From an uncultured Gammaproteobacteria bacterium (GTDB taxonomy: Bacteria > Pseudomonadota > Gammaproteobacteria > Steroidobacterales > MnTg04): 64,000 nt of DNA. The notes under the pieces are model-generated. The model had not been told where the DNA came from. It searched no databases and saw only the letters and a program-made list of their open reading frames with translations. The position numbers were made by a program, and so were the translations under genes. Below, in pieces: positions 48,612 to 58,979 of this stretch; within the stretch, counting starts at the first letter, position 1, and every line of letters starts with the position of its first letter. The stretch is from assembly GCA_964568075.1 (NCBI GenBank), contig CAZMOM010000002.1:32398-96397 (forward strand), read 5' to 3'.

Positions 48612-50365
48612 TGTCCACGCAGAAACAGGCGATCCAACTCGGCCATGCTGATGCCGGTCCAGGTCGGTCTGCCATGATTACATTGATCGCTGCGCTCGGT
48701 TTTCTCCATATCCCTGAGTAACGCGTTCATCTCCGGAATCGTCAGCTGCCGGTTTGCACGTACCGATGTATGGCAAGCCATCGTGGCGAGCAGTTCGTCG
48801 AGCAGATTCTCGATCCGCTGGCTCTGGCCATGTTCGCGAAGGTCAGCCAGCACATCGCGTACCAACGTTTCGGCGTCGGCGCCTTGCAATATCGCTGGAA
48901 TTTGTCTGAGCGCCAGACTCTCCGGACCATTGCGATCGATTTCCATGCCCAGACTTGTAAATAACTCACTCTTTTGTTCGGCCAATTCAGCCTCCTCCTG
49001 CGACACCTTTATGCTGACGGGCACCAGCAGAGGCTGTGTCTTTAACTGCCCTTCTGACAACGCATTTTTCATCCGTTCATAGGTAACTCTTTCGTGGGCA
49101 GAATGAATATCGACCAGAACCATCCCCCGGCGATTCTCGGCGAGAATATAGACGCCATGGAGTTGGGCGAGCGCAAATCCCAGCGGTGCGTCTGCATCGA
49201 CGGACTCATCAACACCTGTTTGGGTCTCCCGGTAAAGCGCCAGGTACGCAGCGCCGGCGTCGGCGGTTCCCAGGCCGAGTCCCGCCTGGCGCAGCGGACC
49301 ATGATCACCGCCAGATACGGTTATTCCGGCAGGTTTTGGCGCCGACCCTTGCGCCGCGACCCCGCCGGGGCGTGTATTCGAGAGTAGCTGGTGCAAGCTT
49401 CGATAAATAAAATCATGCACCAGCCGGCTGTCGCGAAATCGCACTTCGTGCTTTGTCGGGTGCGCGTTGACATCCAGATCGCCCGGATCCATTTCAAGGT
49501 AGATAACGAAGGCCGGGTATCGGCCATGAAAAAGAACGTCCTGGAAACCCTGCCGAACGGCATGAGCGACCAGTTTGTCCCTGACCATGCGGCCATTGAC
49601 ATAAAAGTACTGCATATCCGGCTGACTTCGTGAAAACGTGGGTTGCGCAACCCAGCCCCACAAATGTAACCCTGAAGACCGGTGATCCAGTTGCAGCAAA
49701 CTTTCGACGAAAGTTTCACCGCAGATCGAAGACAAGCGCCCACGATGATCCGAATCGCCTTTGGCGGCAGTCCAGTGAGCGATGTTTCTGCGGTTATGAC
49801 GGATTCGAAATCCGGTCGAAAACCGACTCAGCGCAACGCGCTTGATCAGGCGGTCAATATGTTGCCACTCGGTTCTTTCGGCACGCAGAAACTTGCGGCG
49901 GGCGGGTGTGTTGTAAAAAAGATCGCGAACCTCAACCGTCGTGCCCGGCGTATGCGGAATGGGTTCCGGCGCACTGATCTGCCCATCCCTCGCTTCGACT
50001 TGCCATCCGCGATCGTTTTTTTCGGTCCTCGATGACAGCCTCAGGCGGCTGACCGACGCGATGCTCGGTAAAGCCTCTCCACGGAAACCGAGGCTGGCAA
50101 TGTGCTCCAGGTCTTCCAACGATTCAATTTTGCTGGTCGCATGACGCGACAACGCCAGAATCAATTCCTCCTGAGAAATTCCGCAACCATTGTCCCGGAC
50201 TCTGATCAGCCCGGCCCCGCCTTTTTCAATATCGACTTCGATCTGGCTCGCGCCAGAATCGAGGCTGTTTTCCAGCAATTCCTTGACTACCGATGCCGGG
50301 CGCTCGATGACTTCGCCAGCCGCGATCTGGTTGATCAGCTGGGTGGGGAGCTCGCGTATGGGCAT
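48608..50365 (-). CDS. mutL: DNA mismatch repair protein MutL
   Basis: The start [39 protein letters not shown] is the GHKL ATPase N-terminus. The protein is 585 aa. Confidence 0.95.
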   Translation of the reverse strand: MPIRELPTQLINQIAAGEVIERPASVVKELLENSLDSGASQIEVDIEKGGAGLIRVRDNGCGISQEELILALSRHATSKIESLEDLEHIASLGFRGEALPSIASVSRLRLSSRTEKNDRGWQVEARDGQISAPEPIPHTPGTTVEVRDLFYNTPARRKFLRAERTEWQHIDRLIKRVALSRFSTGFRIRHNRRNIAHWTAAKGDSDHRGRLSSICGETFVESLLQLDHRSSGLHLWGWVAQPTFSRSQPDMQYFYVNGRMVRDKLVAHAVRQGFQDVLFHGRYPAFVIYLEMDPGDLDVNAHPTKHEVRFRDSRLVHDFIYRSLHQLLSNTRPGGVAAQGSAPKPAGITVSGGDHGPLRQAGLGLGTADAGAAYLALYRETQTGVDESVDADAPLGFALAQLHGVYILAENRRGMVLVDIHSAHERVTYERMKNALSEGQLKTQPLLVPVSIKVSQEEAELAEQKSELFTSLGMEIDRNGPESLALRQIPAILQGADAETLVRDVLADLREHGQSQRIENLLDELLATMACHTSVRANRQLTIPEMNALLRDMEKTERSDQCNHGRPTWTGISMAELDRLFLRGQ

Positions 50366-50447
50366 GGGTTATCCTTTCATCAGTAACCGGTACAAGCGAT
50401 CTGCGATCGCAGGCACCCGACAAAGGATTATATGACGATAAAGGGAA

Positions 50448-51779
50448 TCAGTAACGAACGGGTATCTGCAGGACCTGTCCGACCATGATCCGGTCACCGC
50501 GCAGGCTATTATGATCTCGCAGCCGGCTTAGCGGGACACGGTAATGGCTGGCGATACCACTCAGGGTTTCGCCCCGCCGGATGACGTGAGCAGTTTGTAT
50601 TTTCGATTTGGGCACATTGCCCTGGGCGATCAATGTTCCGGCAGGCGGGTTGTCATGCAGGTATATCGACACGCCGCTCAGTATCGCCCCGGCCAGCCGG
50701 CGCTGATGCGACTGGTCACGGAGTTTCTTCTCCTCCTGAGAATTGGAAATGAACGCGATTTCAACAAGGATCGACGGGATATCCGGTGATTTAAGCACCA
50801 GAAAGTTCGCCTGCTGGACCTTTTGCTTGTGTACGGACCCAACTGCAGCCAGCTCATCCAGTATGCTGTCGGCAGCATGCATGCTGGCGCTGATCGCATA
50901 CGATTGTGACAGGTCGAGCAACACCGAAGCCAATACATCGTCCTTATCGGCCAGCGAAACCCCGCCAATCAGATCAGAAGCATTTTCTCTTTCAGCCAGA
51001 CGGCGGGCGGCCTCGTCGCTGGCCCCTTTTTCAGACAACACATAAACCGAGGCCCCATGTGCTTTCCGGTTGTTAAACGAATCCGCATGTATCGAAACGA
51101 ACAGGTCGGCCCTGTGCTGACGTGCTTTTTCCATTCTCTGTGCATGGGGCAGAAAATAATCCCCATCGCGAACCAAAAAGGCACGCATCCCCGGCCGGTC
51201 GTCAATCATTTTTGCCACACGTCTGGCGACTTGCAGGACGACGTCTTTTTCCCGGGTACCGCGTCTCCCGATAGCGCCAGGGTCCTCACCACCATGACCG
51301 GGATCAATGGCTACGATTACGTCGCGGCCAGGCTGGTTGGCCGGTCTCAGTTCACGCACCGGCTTTTGCGACTCAATAGCGGCGAGATCGATAACCAGCC
51401 GGTAACCATATTTTTCGTTCGGTTTTAACAGGAAACTTTTTGGGCGCACCCGCCGGTCCAAATCCAGTACTACGCGCAGAGTTCCGTCCCTTTGTATTCC
51501 ACTGCGAATATTGGCGACAAACCCCTGCGCCGCCGGCAGGCTGACCTTGTCCCTGTTCAGCGCGCCCCTTTTGATATCGATGACCACACGATCAGGAGAT
51601 TTGAGAATCAGCAGGTCGTATTCCGCGGGGCGGTCGAGATCGAGCACGACCCGCGTGTTGTCCGGTGCGGCCCACAGACGCAAGCCGTGAATGTTGACAG
51701 TCGCTATTGATTGCACGGCCCAGAGCATCCCTGCTATGCCGATCAGAATTACCCGGTAAATGGCGGTCAAAAAACGCAT
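50448..51779 (-). CDS. amiB: N-acetylmuramoyl-L-alanine amidase (AMIN, Amidase_3 and LysM domains)
   Basis: An AMIN-like N-terminus is followed by VIAIDPGHGGEDPGA and a C-terminal LysM (HVIRRGETLSGIASHYRV). ATG 51779 is preferred because it has an AAGGA Shine-Dalgarno sequence. The synteny mutL-amiB-tsaE matches E. coli. Confidence 0.85.
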   Translation of the reverse strand: MRFLTAIYRVILIGIAGMLWAVQSIATVNIHGLRLWAAPDNTRVVLDLDRPAEYDLLILKSPDRVVIDIKRGALNRDKVSLPAAQGFVANIRSGIQRDGTLRVVLDLDRRVRPKSFLLKPNEKYGYRLVIDLAAIESQKPVRELRPANQPGRDVIVAIDPGHGGEDPGAIGRRGTREKDVVLQVARRVAKMIDDRPGMRAFLVRDGDYFLPHAQRMEKARQHRADLFVSIHADSFNNRKAHGASVYVLSEKGASDEAARRLAERENASDLIGGVSLADKDDVLASVLLDLSQSYAISASMHAADSILDELAAVGSVHKQKVQQANFLVLKSPDIPSILVEIAFISNSQEEKKLRDQSHQRRLAGAILSGVSIYLHDNPPAGTLIAQGNVPKSKIQTAHVIRRGETLSGIASHYRVPLSRLRDHNSLRGDRIMVGQVLQIPVRY

Positions 51780-51809
51780 ATGACCCGATCCTTGCAAAAT
51801 CTGGCTTCA

Positions 51810-51838
51810 TATATAAAACGGATCGCTCAATTGTTCAA
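51810..51838 (-). promoter_or_regulatory. Candidate sigma70 promoter with AT-rich UP-like tract upstream of amiB
   Basis: On the minus strand the sequence reads TTGAAC (51838-51833), a 17-nt spacer, then TATATA (51815-51810). It is preceded by AAAAGAAAAATATTAAAAAAAA within an unusually AT-rich 180-bp gap. Confidence 0.45.
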
Positions 51839-51976
51839 CTTTTTTTTAATATTTTTCTTTTATTAAACATCTAATTAGCAGTGATATTTAAAACTGTTCT
51901 GCTCGCAGGGTGGCGGAAGCTCGGCGTCTGGACCTCGACTGATTCAACCGTGAACGGAAAACTTTATGTGCCGGGA

Positions 51977-52480
51977 TTAGTCGCCAGGTGACAGCGGAAG
52001 CCTGGCCAGTAGCGTCTTCCCTCGCTCGCCTGGACCGGTGAGGACCGCCGTCCGCTCTTCGCCTGAGTAATCAAGCGATACGATGCAATCCATTCGCCGC
52101 ATCAATAGCGGCGCTTTCTCCGGCCATTCGACCAGCGTCAGACCGGGCTCATCAAGAAAGTCAGATAACCCAAGGAATTCCAGCTCGCCCGGGTCAGCCA
52201 GCCGATACAGGTCGAGATGATAAACCGGGCCAAAATCGGTCTGGTACGGTTCGACCAGCGTATAGCTTGGGCTTTTGACCCGGTCTTTCACGCCCAGTGC
52301 CTGCAGCAGTCCTCTCGCGAGCGTGGTCTTCCCTGCCCCCAGTGGCCCGACCAGCCCGACGAGAACGGGCCGGTCGAATGGTGTCAGGCCACCGGCAAGC
52401 AAAGCGCCGGCCGCCAGTGTTTCTTCCGTATTCGCCAGTTTCCAGTTCAGGCTTTCGGGTTGACCCATTGCCTTATCCAA
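51977..52480 (-). CDS. tsaE: tRNA threonylcarbamoyladenosine biosynthesis ATPase TsaE
   Basis: The motif GPLGAGKTTLARGLLQALG is followed by VKSPSYTLVEPY. The start is uncertain (52480 or 52468), and the gene overlaps the 3' end of nnr. Confidence 0.85.
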   Translation of the reverse strand: MDKAMGQPESLNWKLANTEETLAAGALLAGGLTPFDRPVLVGLVGPLGAGKTTLARGLLQALGVKDRVKSPSYTLVEPYQTDFGPVYHLDLYRLADPGELEFLGLSDFLDEPGLTLVEWPEKAPLLMRRMDCIVSLDYSGEERTAVLTGPGERGKTLLARLPLSPGD

Positions 52481-53928
52481 TACATGAGGTCGCCGGCTAC
52501 AACCCCGCGCTCACCTTCGCTCGCCGCTTGATCGCCTGCCAATGCATGAATCAGCACGCCGCTCCGTGCACTGCGATACAGATCGCCGGTCTGCGCCAGC
52601 AATCCACCGACCAGGCCTGTCAGTACGTCACCCATACCGGGCGCAGCCATGCCCGGATTGCCGTAGCGGCAAAGCGCGGGCACCTCGCTTTCGTCCTGAA
52701 CCAAGGTGCCAGCACCTTTCAAAATAACGATCCCGCCATACTTTTCCTGAACCGACCGCACGGCCGCAAGGCGATCCATTTGCACCGCCTTATTGTCGAT
52801 ACCCAGCAGTCGGGCGGCTTCACCCGGATGGGGGGTCAAAATCCAGTCGTCTCGCCGAATCGGGTTCCTGGCGAGCCAGTTCAGGCCATCCGCGTCGATA
52901 ACCATGGGCAGTTCGATTGCGGTCGCAGCCCGCCAGATCTGGTCGGCCCATTCGCTTTGGCCCAGCCCGGGACCCAAGGCGATAACGTCTGCTTTGTCGG
53001 CCATCGCCAGCACATGGTCAGCCCGATCCACACCGTGGCACATCAGCTCCGGCCGCGCCGCAAAGTAATCGAGATGATCCGGATGGGTTGCAACGCTGAC
53101 CAGACCGGCTCCGCTGCGCAAGGCGGCTTCGCCCGCCAGGCAGACGGCGCCGGGCATTCCGGGTCCGCCGCCGACGATCAGCAAATGACCAAAATCCCCC
53201 TTGTGGGCTGTTTTGCGTCGCGGCGGCAACAGTTCCCGGATTTCATCCCGCTTTAACAGGCGCACCCGTGGCTCTGCCCCCGCGTAGACACCGTCCGGGA
53301 CATTCAGATTGTCGAAAAAAATCTCGCCGCAGTATTCACTGCCCTGCCCGAGAAAAAGACCGGCTTTCAGTGCGACGAAACTGATGGTCGAAGTCGCCTT
53401 GACGGCGACGCCCAGCGGTTGACCCGAATCGGCGGACAGTCCGCTGGGAATATCCAGCGCGACTACCGGGCATCGCTGTTCGTTTATCGCCACGATGGCA
53501 GCGGCGAAATCGCCGCTGACTTCCCGGTCCAGCCCGGTTCCAAGAATACCGTCCACGATGAGGTCAGCGCCATCCAGTCCCGAGTCAGTGTAGTCGTCAG
53601 CCGTGCCGCCAGCGGCCAGATAATCCTGCCAGGCGGTTGCGGCATCGCCCTGCAGCAAATTACCAGGACGTAACATCATGACCCGAACTTGCCTGTCTGC
53701 CGCGATGGCAAGCGTCGCGATGACCAGCGCATCACCTGCATTGTTGCCGGCGCCGCATACGACGACTATTCGCTGCGCATCCGGCCAGGTTTCGTCAAGC
53801 AACCGAAACGCAGCGGTACCTGCCCTGCACATCAGCGTATAACCCGGTATCGCGTGCTGTTTGATCGCCCGCCTGTCGAACTCTCGAACCTGGCTCGCCA
53901 GATACAAATTTCCCGGAAGCGATTGCAT
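52447..53928 (-). CDS. nnr: Bifunctional NAD(P)H-hydrate repair enzyme Nnr (epimerase/dehydratase, YjeF)
   Basis: The 493-aa protein has a YjeF_N domain (VVCGAGNNAGDA) and a carbohydrate-kinase-like C-terminus (HKGDFGHLLIVGG, GMGDVLTG). Confidence 0.9.
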   Translation of the reverse strand: MQSLPGNLYLASQVREFDRRAIKQHAIPGYTLMCRAGTAAFRLLDETWPDAQRIVVVCGAGNNAGDALVIATLAIAADRQVRVMMLRPGNLLQGDAATAWQDYLAAGGTADDYTDSGLDGADLIVDGILGTGLDREVSGDFAAAIVAINEQRCPVVALDIPSGLSADSGQPLGVAVKATSTISFVALKAGLFLGQGSEYCGEIFFDNLNVPDGVYAGAEPRVRLLKRDEIRELLPPRRKTAHKGDFGHLLIVGGGPGMPGAVCLAGEAALRSGAGLVSVATHPDHLDYFAARPELMCHGVDRADHVLAMADKADVIALGPGLGQSEWADQIWRAATAIELPMVIDADGLNWLARNPIRRDDWILTPHPGEAARLLGIDNKAVQMDRLAAVRSVQEKYGGIVILKGAGTLVQDESEVPALCRYGNPGMAAPGMGDVLTGLVGGLLAQTGDLYRSARSGVLIHALAGDQAASEGERGVVAGDLMYWIRQWVNPKA

Positions 53929-53954
53929 GGTGCTGATTATAATGTCAGCGACAC

Positions 53955-55025
53955 ATGATTACCTCGGCAAAAAAAAATTTAGCTCTGCCCGAAAAGATCC
54001 GTACCTGGGGCCGCGAACTGGGGTTTCAGCAGGTGGGCTTTGGCAGCCTGAATCTTGCTGAAGACGAGGAACACCTGGCGCGCTGGCTGGAGGCTGGTCA
54101 TCACGGGTCGATGGAGTACATGGAAAGACACGGCGCGAAAAGGAGTCGCCCTCGGGAACTGGTACCGGGATCGGTCAGTGTAATCAGCGTTCGTATGGAC
54201 TATCTGCCGGACGCAGCCGATAGCTGGCAAAATCTGCGAGACAATGAGCTCGCCTATGTGTCCCGTTACGCGCTCGGTCGCGATTATCACAAATTGTTAA
54301 GGCCGCGCCTTGCGAAGCTCGCGGAAAAAATCCGCGAGTCGGTCGGAGAATTCGGCTACCGGGTATTTGTGGACAGCGCTCCCGTGATGGAAAAAGCGCT
54401 GGCGAGAAATTCAGGCCTGGGATGGATCGGCAAGCACAGCAACCTGATCAACCGAACAGCCGGTTCCTGGTTTTTCCTCGGTGAGATATTCGTCGATATA
54501 CCGTTGCCACCTGCCTCACCGGTTACCGATCATTGCGGATCTTGCACAGCCTGCCTGGACGTTTGCCCGACACAAGCGATCATCGCGCCATACCAGGTGG
54601 ACGCAAGACGGTGCATCTCGTATCTGACCATCGAAAATAAGGGCGCGATACCCGTAGAACTGAGATCGGCGATTGGTAATCGCGTTTTCGGTTGCGATGA
54701 CTGCCAGCTGATCTGCCCGTGGAACAAATTCGCCAAAATTACTGCGGAAAAAGACTTTCAGCCTCGCCATGAACTCGACCAGAGAAAACTGACCGACCTG
54801 TTTTCGTGGAGCGAAGAAAAATTTCTGCGCAGCACGCTTGGCAGCGCAATCCGGAGGACGGGCTATTCGGGCTGGCTAAGAAATCTTGCTGTCGCGTTGG
54901 GTAACTCAAAGCCAGCGCAAGATGTGGTTAACAGTCTGCACGCACGCAAGGACTACCCTGACGCGATGGTCAGAGAACACATCATCTGGGCTCTCGAACA
55001 GCTCAGCGCCAGGAAAGTCAAGTGA
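53955..55025 (+). CDS. queG: Epoxyqueuosine reductase
   Basis: 4Fe-4S motifs CGSCTACLDVCP and CDDCQLICPWNKF are present, with a HEAT-like C-terminus. The gene is divergent from nnr as in E. coli. Confidence 0.9.
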   Translation: MITSAKKNLALPEKIRTWGRELGFQQVGFGSLNLAEDEEHLARWLEAGHHGSMEYMERHGAKRSRPRELVPGSVSVISVRMDYLPDAADSWQNLRDNELAYVSRYALGRDYHKLLRPRLAKLAEKIRESVGEFGYRVFVDSAPVMEKALARNSGLGWIGKHSNLINRTAGSWFFLGEIFVDIPLPPASPVTDHCGSCTACLDVCPTQAIIAPYQVDARRCISYLTIENKGAIPVELRSAIGNRVFGCDDCQLICPWNKFAKITAEKDFQPRHELDQRKLTDLFSWSEEKFLRSTLGSAIRRTGYSGWLRNLAVALGNSKPAQDVVNSLHARKDYPDAMVREHIIWALEQLSARKVK

Positions 55026-55184
55026 AAACAGTCCCGTGATATGTAAAAAACGGAACTGCTTCAAAGTAATACGCTGAAATCCCTTTATTCTTAACCTTAT
55101 AGTGATGTGTTGATTGTTCGGGGGCCGACCCTTGGATATGACATAAGACGCTCTTGTACTTACCTACACGGTCAGGAGGATCGG

Positions 55185-56141
55185 GTGGCCACTTCGACCA
55201 GTGCATTATACCGAATGCTGACAAGCGATATGCAGCTGTTCCATGGCGTCGATCCGGAACTGGTTGCGTCCTTTCTAGGCGACACCGAGCGGCTGGATAT
55301 CAAGGCCGATGATCTGTTGCTATCGCCTGACAAGGAAAACAAGAATCTCTATCTCGTACTGAGCGGCTGCCTGCAGGTTCACCTTGATAGCCTGAGCAAC
55401 GCTCCATTGACAAAACTTCCGCAAGGCTCGTGTGCGGGCGAAATGTCGATCATTGAAGACAGGGACCCATCCGCCTACGTCGTTGCTACCGAAGACAGTC
55501 ATCTGATTGTGATGGGGCACGACCTGCTCTGGTCAATTATAAATACGTCACACGCATTTGCGAGAAATCTGCTGGTCTTGTTGTCAGCACGGGTCCGCTT
55601 TGACAACAAGATAATCGTCGACAATGTTGGTGCTTTGAAACAATTTGAACGTAACGCCGTCACCGATGCCTTGACCGATCTGAAAAACCGCCACTGGATG
55701 GAGGATATGTTCCGACGCAAGATAAAGCGTTGCCAGACCGATGCGGAATCGCTCTGTCTCGGAATTGCGGATGTCGATTATTTCAAGCGATTCAATGACA
55801 GTTATGGTCACCTGGCGGGCGACGAAGCGCTGGTTTTTGTTGCGGGTTCCTTGCGCGGCCAATTCAGGCCAACCGACCTGCTTGCCCGTTATGGTGGCGA
55901 CGAGTTTGTCGTTTTATTGCCGGATACCAACCTCGAAGAAGCCCGGCAATCGGCAGAGCGGGTTCGCAAAGCCGTTGAAGAAGGCGACCCGTTGGGCGAC
56001 CAGGGTCCCCCGTTCAAAATCACCATCTCTATCGGTATCGCACAAATGCAGCCCGGCGACGTGCTGGAAACACTGTTGCAGCGCGCAGATTCTGCGCTCT
56101 ACCAGGCGAAACTCAGCGGTCGAAACCGCGTATCAGGATAA
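55185..56141 (+). CDS. Cyclic-nucleotide-binding domain and GGDEF diguanylate cyclase
   Basis: The N-terminal cNMP-binding-like region contains GSCAGEMSIIEDRDPSAYVVA. The GGDEF domain has the active site RYGGDEF and the I-site RPTD five residues upstream. The start is uncertain: GTG 55185 after an AGGAGGA Shine-Dalgarno sequence, or ATG 55215. Confidence 0.8.
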   Translation: MATSTSALYRMLTSDMQLFHGVDPELVASFLGDTERLDIKADDLLLSPDKENKNLYLVLSGCLQVHLDSLSNAPLTKLPQGSCAGEMSIIEDRDPSAYVVATEDSHLIVMGHDLLWSIINTSHAFARNLLVLLSARVRFDNKIIVDNVGALKQFERNAVTDALTDLKNRHWMEDMFRRKIKRCQTDAESLCLGIADVDYFKRFNDSYGHLAGDEALVFVAGSLRGQFRPTDLLARYGGDEFVVLLPDTNLEEARQSAERVRKAVEEGDPLGDQGPPFKITISIGIAQMQPGDVLETLLQRADSALYQAKLSGRNRVSG

Positions 56142-56161
56142 TCCGGAATTACCGTCGCTGC

Positions 56162-56542
56162 TCAGGCGGCTTGAACCGGAGTGGTAAGGACGCTTCGTGT
56201 AATCTCATTTTTTTCGTTTAGATAAATGAGGCGAGGCTTATGCAGGGCGGCAGCCTGTTCTGACATCCCGGCATAGGCGCATATGATCAGGCGATCCCCC
56301 GGGGAAGCCTTGTGCGCCGCCGCTCCATTGATCGATATCACATGCGACCCACGCTCAGCACGTATCGCGTATGTGGTAAAGCGTTCACCGTTGGCCACGT
56401 TATAAATCTGGATCTGCTCGTACTCGATGATGCCTGCGGCATCCAGCAGGTCTGTATCGATGGCACAGGAACCCTCATAGTCCAGTTCAGCATGCGTGAC
56501 GCTGGCGCGATGTAGTTTTGCTTTCAGCAGGATCAGCTGCAT
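56162..56542 (-). CDS. panD: Aspartate 1-decarboxylase
   Basis: [29 protein letters not shown] includes the self-processing Gly-Ser site. The ORF track extends 24 codons further upstream. Confidence 0.9.
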   Translation of the reverse strand: MQLILLKAKLHRASVTHAELDYEGSCAIDTDLLDAAGIIEYEQIQIYNVANGERFTTYAIRAERGSHVISINGAAAHKASPGDRLIICAYAGMSEQAAALHKPRLIYLNEKNEITRSVLTTPVQAA

Positions 56543-56636
56543 CCTGTTTTCCCTGGTGGTTAATCCGCGGCGCCGGAATGCGGTCCGGCTGGGCTGGTGC
56601 GAAATTTTACCCACCGGCCTGCGCTTCTACAAGCCA

Positions 56637-57485
56637 TTATAACGAAAACAAAAGGTTATCAATCAGTCGTGTAGACCCCAGGCGTGCTGCGGCCAGCAAG
56701 ACCAGGTTCCTGTCGCCGGGAGCGGGAACCGCCAGGTCCTCCGCCCGGCGCAGTTCAAAATAATCCAATCTGAAACCGGCATCTGTCAGCTTTGCTCGCG
56801 ATTGTTGCAACAGCGTATCGGTCTCTTGCCCCCCCAGCATGACTGCCTCGCCGGCCGTCTGTAATTCAGCGAACAGCCGCGGCGCCAGCGCACGCTCCTC
56901 TTCGCTCAAATATCGATTGCGCGAGCTTATCGCCAGGCCATCGGGTCCACGGCAGGTTGGACGGTCAATGATTGCAACAGGGATACCTCGCTCTTTGACG
57001 AGACGACGAATCACCAGCAACTGCTGGTAATCTTTCTGGCCAAAAACTGCGAAATCCGGCCTGACGATCCGAAAAAGTCGTTCGACGACGGTAGCGACGC
57101 CGTCGAAATGACCTGGCCGGCCTGCGCCACACAGCACGGCACCCAATTCGCCTGCCGACACGGTTTCCGCAGCCTCCCGGCCACCCGGATACATTGTCTC
57201 GACGTCGGGCGAGAAAGCGACATCGACCCGTTCCCGTTCGAGCAGTATCAAATCCTGCTCGAGCTGTCTCGGGTAACGATCGAAGTCTTCTGACGGTCCA
57301 AATTGCAACGGATTGACAAAAATACTGACCACCAGACAATCCGCTTTCTCGCGTGCCAACCTGATCAGGCTCAGATGCCCTTCATGCAGATCGCCCATCG
57401 TGGGCACAAATCCGACTGCAAGTCCCCTATCTTTACAACGGTCGACCCGAACCGTCAGCGGTTCAACAGAACTGTAGGTCTGCAT
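56637..57485 (-). CDS. panC: Pantoate-beta-alanine ligase
   Basis: Motifs GFVPTMGDLHEGHLSL and VSIFVNPLQF are present in a 282-aa protein. Confidence 0.9.
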   Translation of the reverse strand: MQTYSSVEPLTVRVDRCKDRGLAVGFVPTMGDLHEGHLSLIRLAREKADCLVVSIFVNPLQFGPSEDFDRYPRQLEQDLILLERERVDVAFSPDVETMYPGGREAAETVSAGELGAVLCGAGRPGHFDGVATVVERLFRIVRPDFAVFGQKDYQQLLVIRRLVKERGIPVAIIDRPTCRGPDGLAISSRNRYLSEEERALAPRLFAELQTAGEAVMLGGQETDTLLQQSRAKLTDAGFRLDYFELRRAEDLAVPAPGDRNLVLLAAARLGSTRLIDNLLFSL

Positions 57486-58315
57486 TAACTGAAACAGTGC
57501 TCCGGCGCCGGGTATGCGCCGCTGCGTACCGCTTCCACATAGGCTTTTACCGCGTCGATCGGGCTGCGGCCACCATCAGTAAAATCCTGCGCAAAGCGGG
57601 GTTTGCGTCCGATCGTGATATTCAGAATGTCATACAAAACCAAAATCTGGCCGTCCGCATCCGGACCCGCTCCGATCCCGATGACAGGTATCTTGAGTTC
57701 ACTGGTAATTTTCGCGCCCAACTCATTGGGAATGCATTCGAGCAAAACGATGTCAGCCCCGGCGCGTTCGAGCGCCTTGGCATCCAGGAGCATCTGTTTC
57801 GCCGTCGCACGGTCGCGCCCCTGGATCTTGTAGCCGCCCAGCTTGTGCACGGATTGTGGCTTCAAGCCGATGTGAGCACAGACCGGTACATCCCTGGATG
57901 CCAGGTATTCGACGACATCGACCTGCATCGCGCCACCTTCGAGCTTGACCATCTTGGCCCGTCCTTCCTGCATCAGGCGCCGGGCATTGCCCATCGCCTC
58001 CATGGGCGTCGTGTAACTGAGAAACGGCATATCGGCGACCAGGAAAGACCGAGTCAGGCCGCGGGCGACTGCCTTGCAATGATAAACCACGTCGTCCACG
58101 GTCACCGGCACGGTCGTCGGGTGACCCTGGATTACCATGCCCAGCGAATCTCCTACCAGCACCAGGTCGATGCCAGCTTCATCAACCAGATTGGCAAAAC
58201 TGGCATCATAGGCGGTCAGACAGGCGATCGCTTTCCCCTCCGCCTTCATGCCGACCAGCGTCGTGATCGTTACCGGCGGCTGATCAGAATCTCTTTGCTG
58301 CAGATGTGTGTACAT
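57485..58315 (-). CDS. panB: 3-methyl-2-oxobutanoate hydroxymethyltransferase
   Basis: Motifs CLTAYDASFA, VGDSLGMV and VKLEGG are present. The conserved start is at 58315; the ORF track extends to 58381. Confidence 0.9.
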   Translation of the reverse strand: MYTHLQQRDSDQPPVTITTLVGMKAEGKAIACLTAYDASFANLVDEAGIDLVLVGDSLGMVIQGHPTTVPVTVDDVVYHCKAVARGLTRSFLVADMPFLSYTTPMEAMGNARRLMQEGRAKMVKLEGGAMQVDVVEYLASRDVPVCAHIGLKPQSVHKLGGYKIQGRDRATAKQMLLDAKALERAGADIVLLECIPNELGAKITSELKIPVIGIGAGPDADGQILVLYDILNITIGRKPRFAQDFTDGGRSPIDAVKAYVEAVRSGAYPAPEHCFS

Positions 58316-58325
58316 AGTCGTCCTT

Positions 58326-58979
58326 TCAGGCGATGCTGCGGCTGACCGGGTTGTAAAAGTGCCGACCGCTGCGAATGGCACTGACCTGTTCGAACAATTG
58401 CCGATAATCGGTTTCGTCGCCGACCGGATCTATATCCGCAGTATTAACTATCAATAGCGGCGAGTCGTCGTAATGGTGAAAAAACCGTGCATAGGCTTCC
58501 ATCAGGCTCTCCAGATAATCGCGCCGGATCATTCGTTCGAATTTTACGCCGCGCTTGGCGATACGTTCCAACAGGACCTTGACCGGTGCCTGCAGGTAGA
58601 TCACCAGATCCGGCGTTGGCGCCTGGATATCCAGCCGGTCGTAAATTTGCTGATATAAATCCCATTCCTGGGGGCCCAGCGTCAACTCGGCAAACAGCCG
58701 GTCCTTTGCCATCAGGTAATCGGCCACCTTTACGGGGCTGAACAGATCACGCTGACGCTCGATCTCGAGCTGCCTCGCGCGCTGAAACAGGAAAAACAAC
58801 TGGGCCGGCAACGCACCGCTGCGCGGGTCCTCGTAAAACCTTTCGAGAAAAGGATTATCCCACGGCTGCTCCTCGACCAGCGCACAATCAAAGCTGTCTG
58901 CCAGCCGTCTGGCCAGGCTGGTTTTGCCGACGCCGATCGGGCCTTCCACGACAATATAGCGGGGACTGGCGGCAATCAT
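58326..58979 (-). CDS. Deoxynucleoside kinase family protein
   Basis: The P-loop YIVVEGPIGVGKTSLARRLA is followed by the pattern NPFLERFYEDP...LPAQLFFL. The protein is 217 aa and the gene lies between folK and panB. Confidence 0.75.
   Translation of the reverse strand: MIAASPRYIVVEGPIGVGKTSLARRLADSFDCALVEEQPWDNPFLERFYEDPRSGALPAQLFFLFQRARQLEIERQRDLFSPVKVADYLMAKDRLFAELTLGPQEWDLYQQIYDRLDIQAPTPDLVIYLQAPVKVLLERIAKRGVKFERMIRRDYLESLMEAYARFFHHYDDSPLLIVNTADIDPVGDETDYRQLFEQVSAIRSGRHFYNPVSRSIA

Noticed and set aside
52297-53256. 319-aa plus-strand ORF
   Set aside because: It is antisense to nnr (YjeF), which has clear motifs.
57497-58345. 282-aa plus-strand ORF
   Set aside because: It is antisense to panB.
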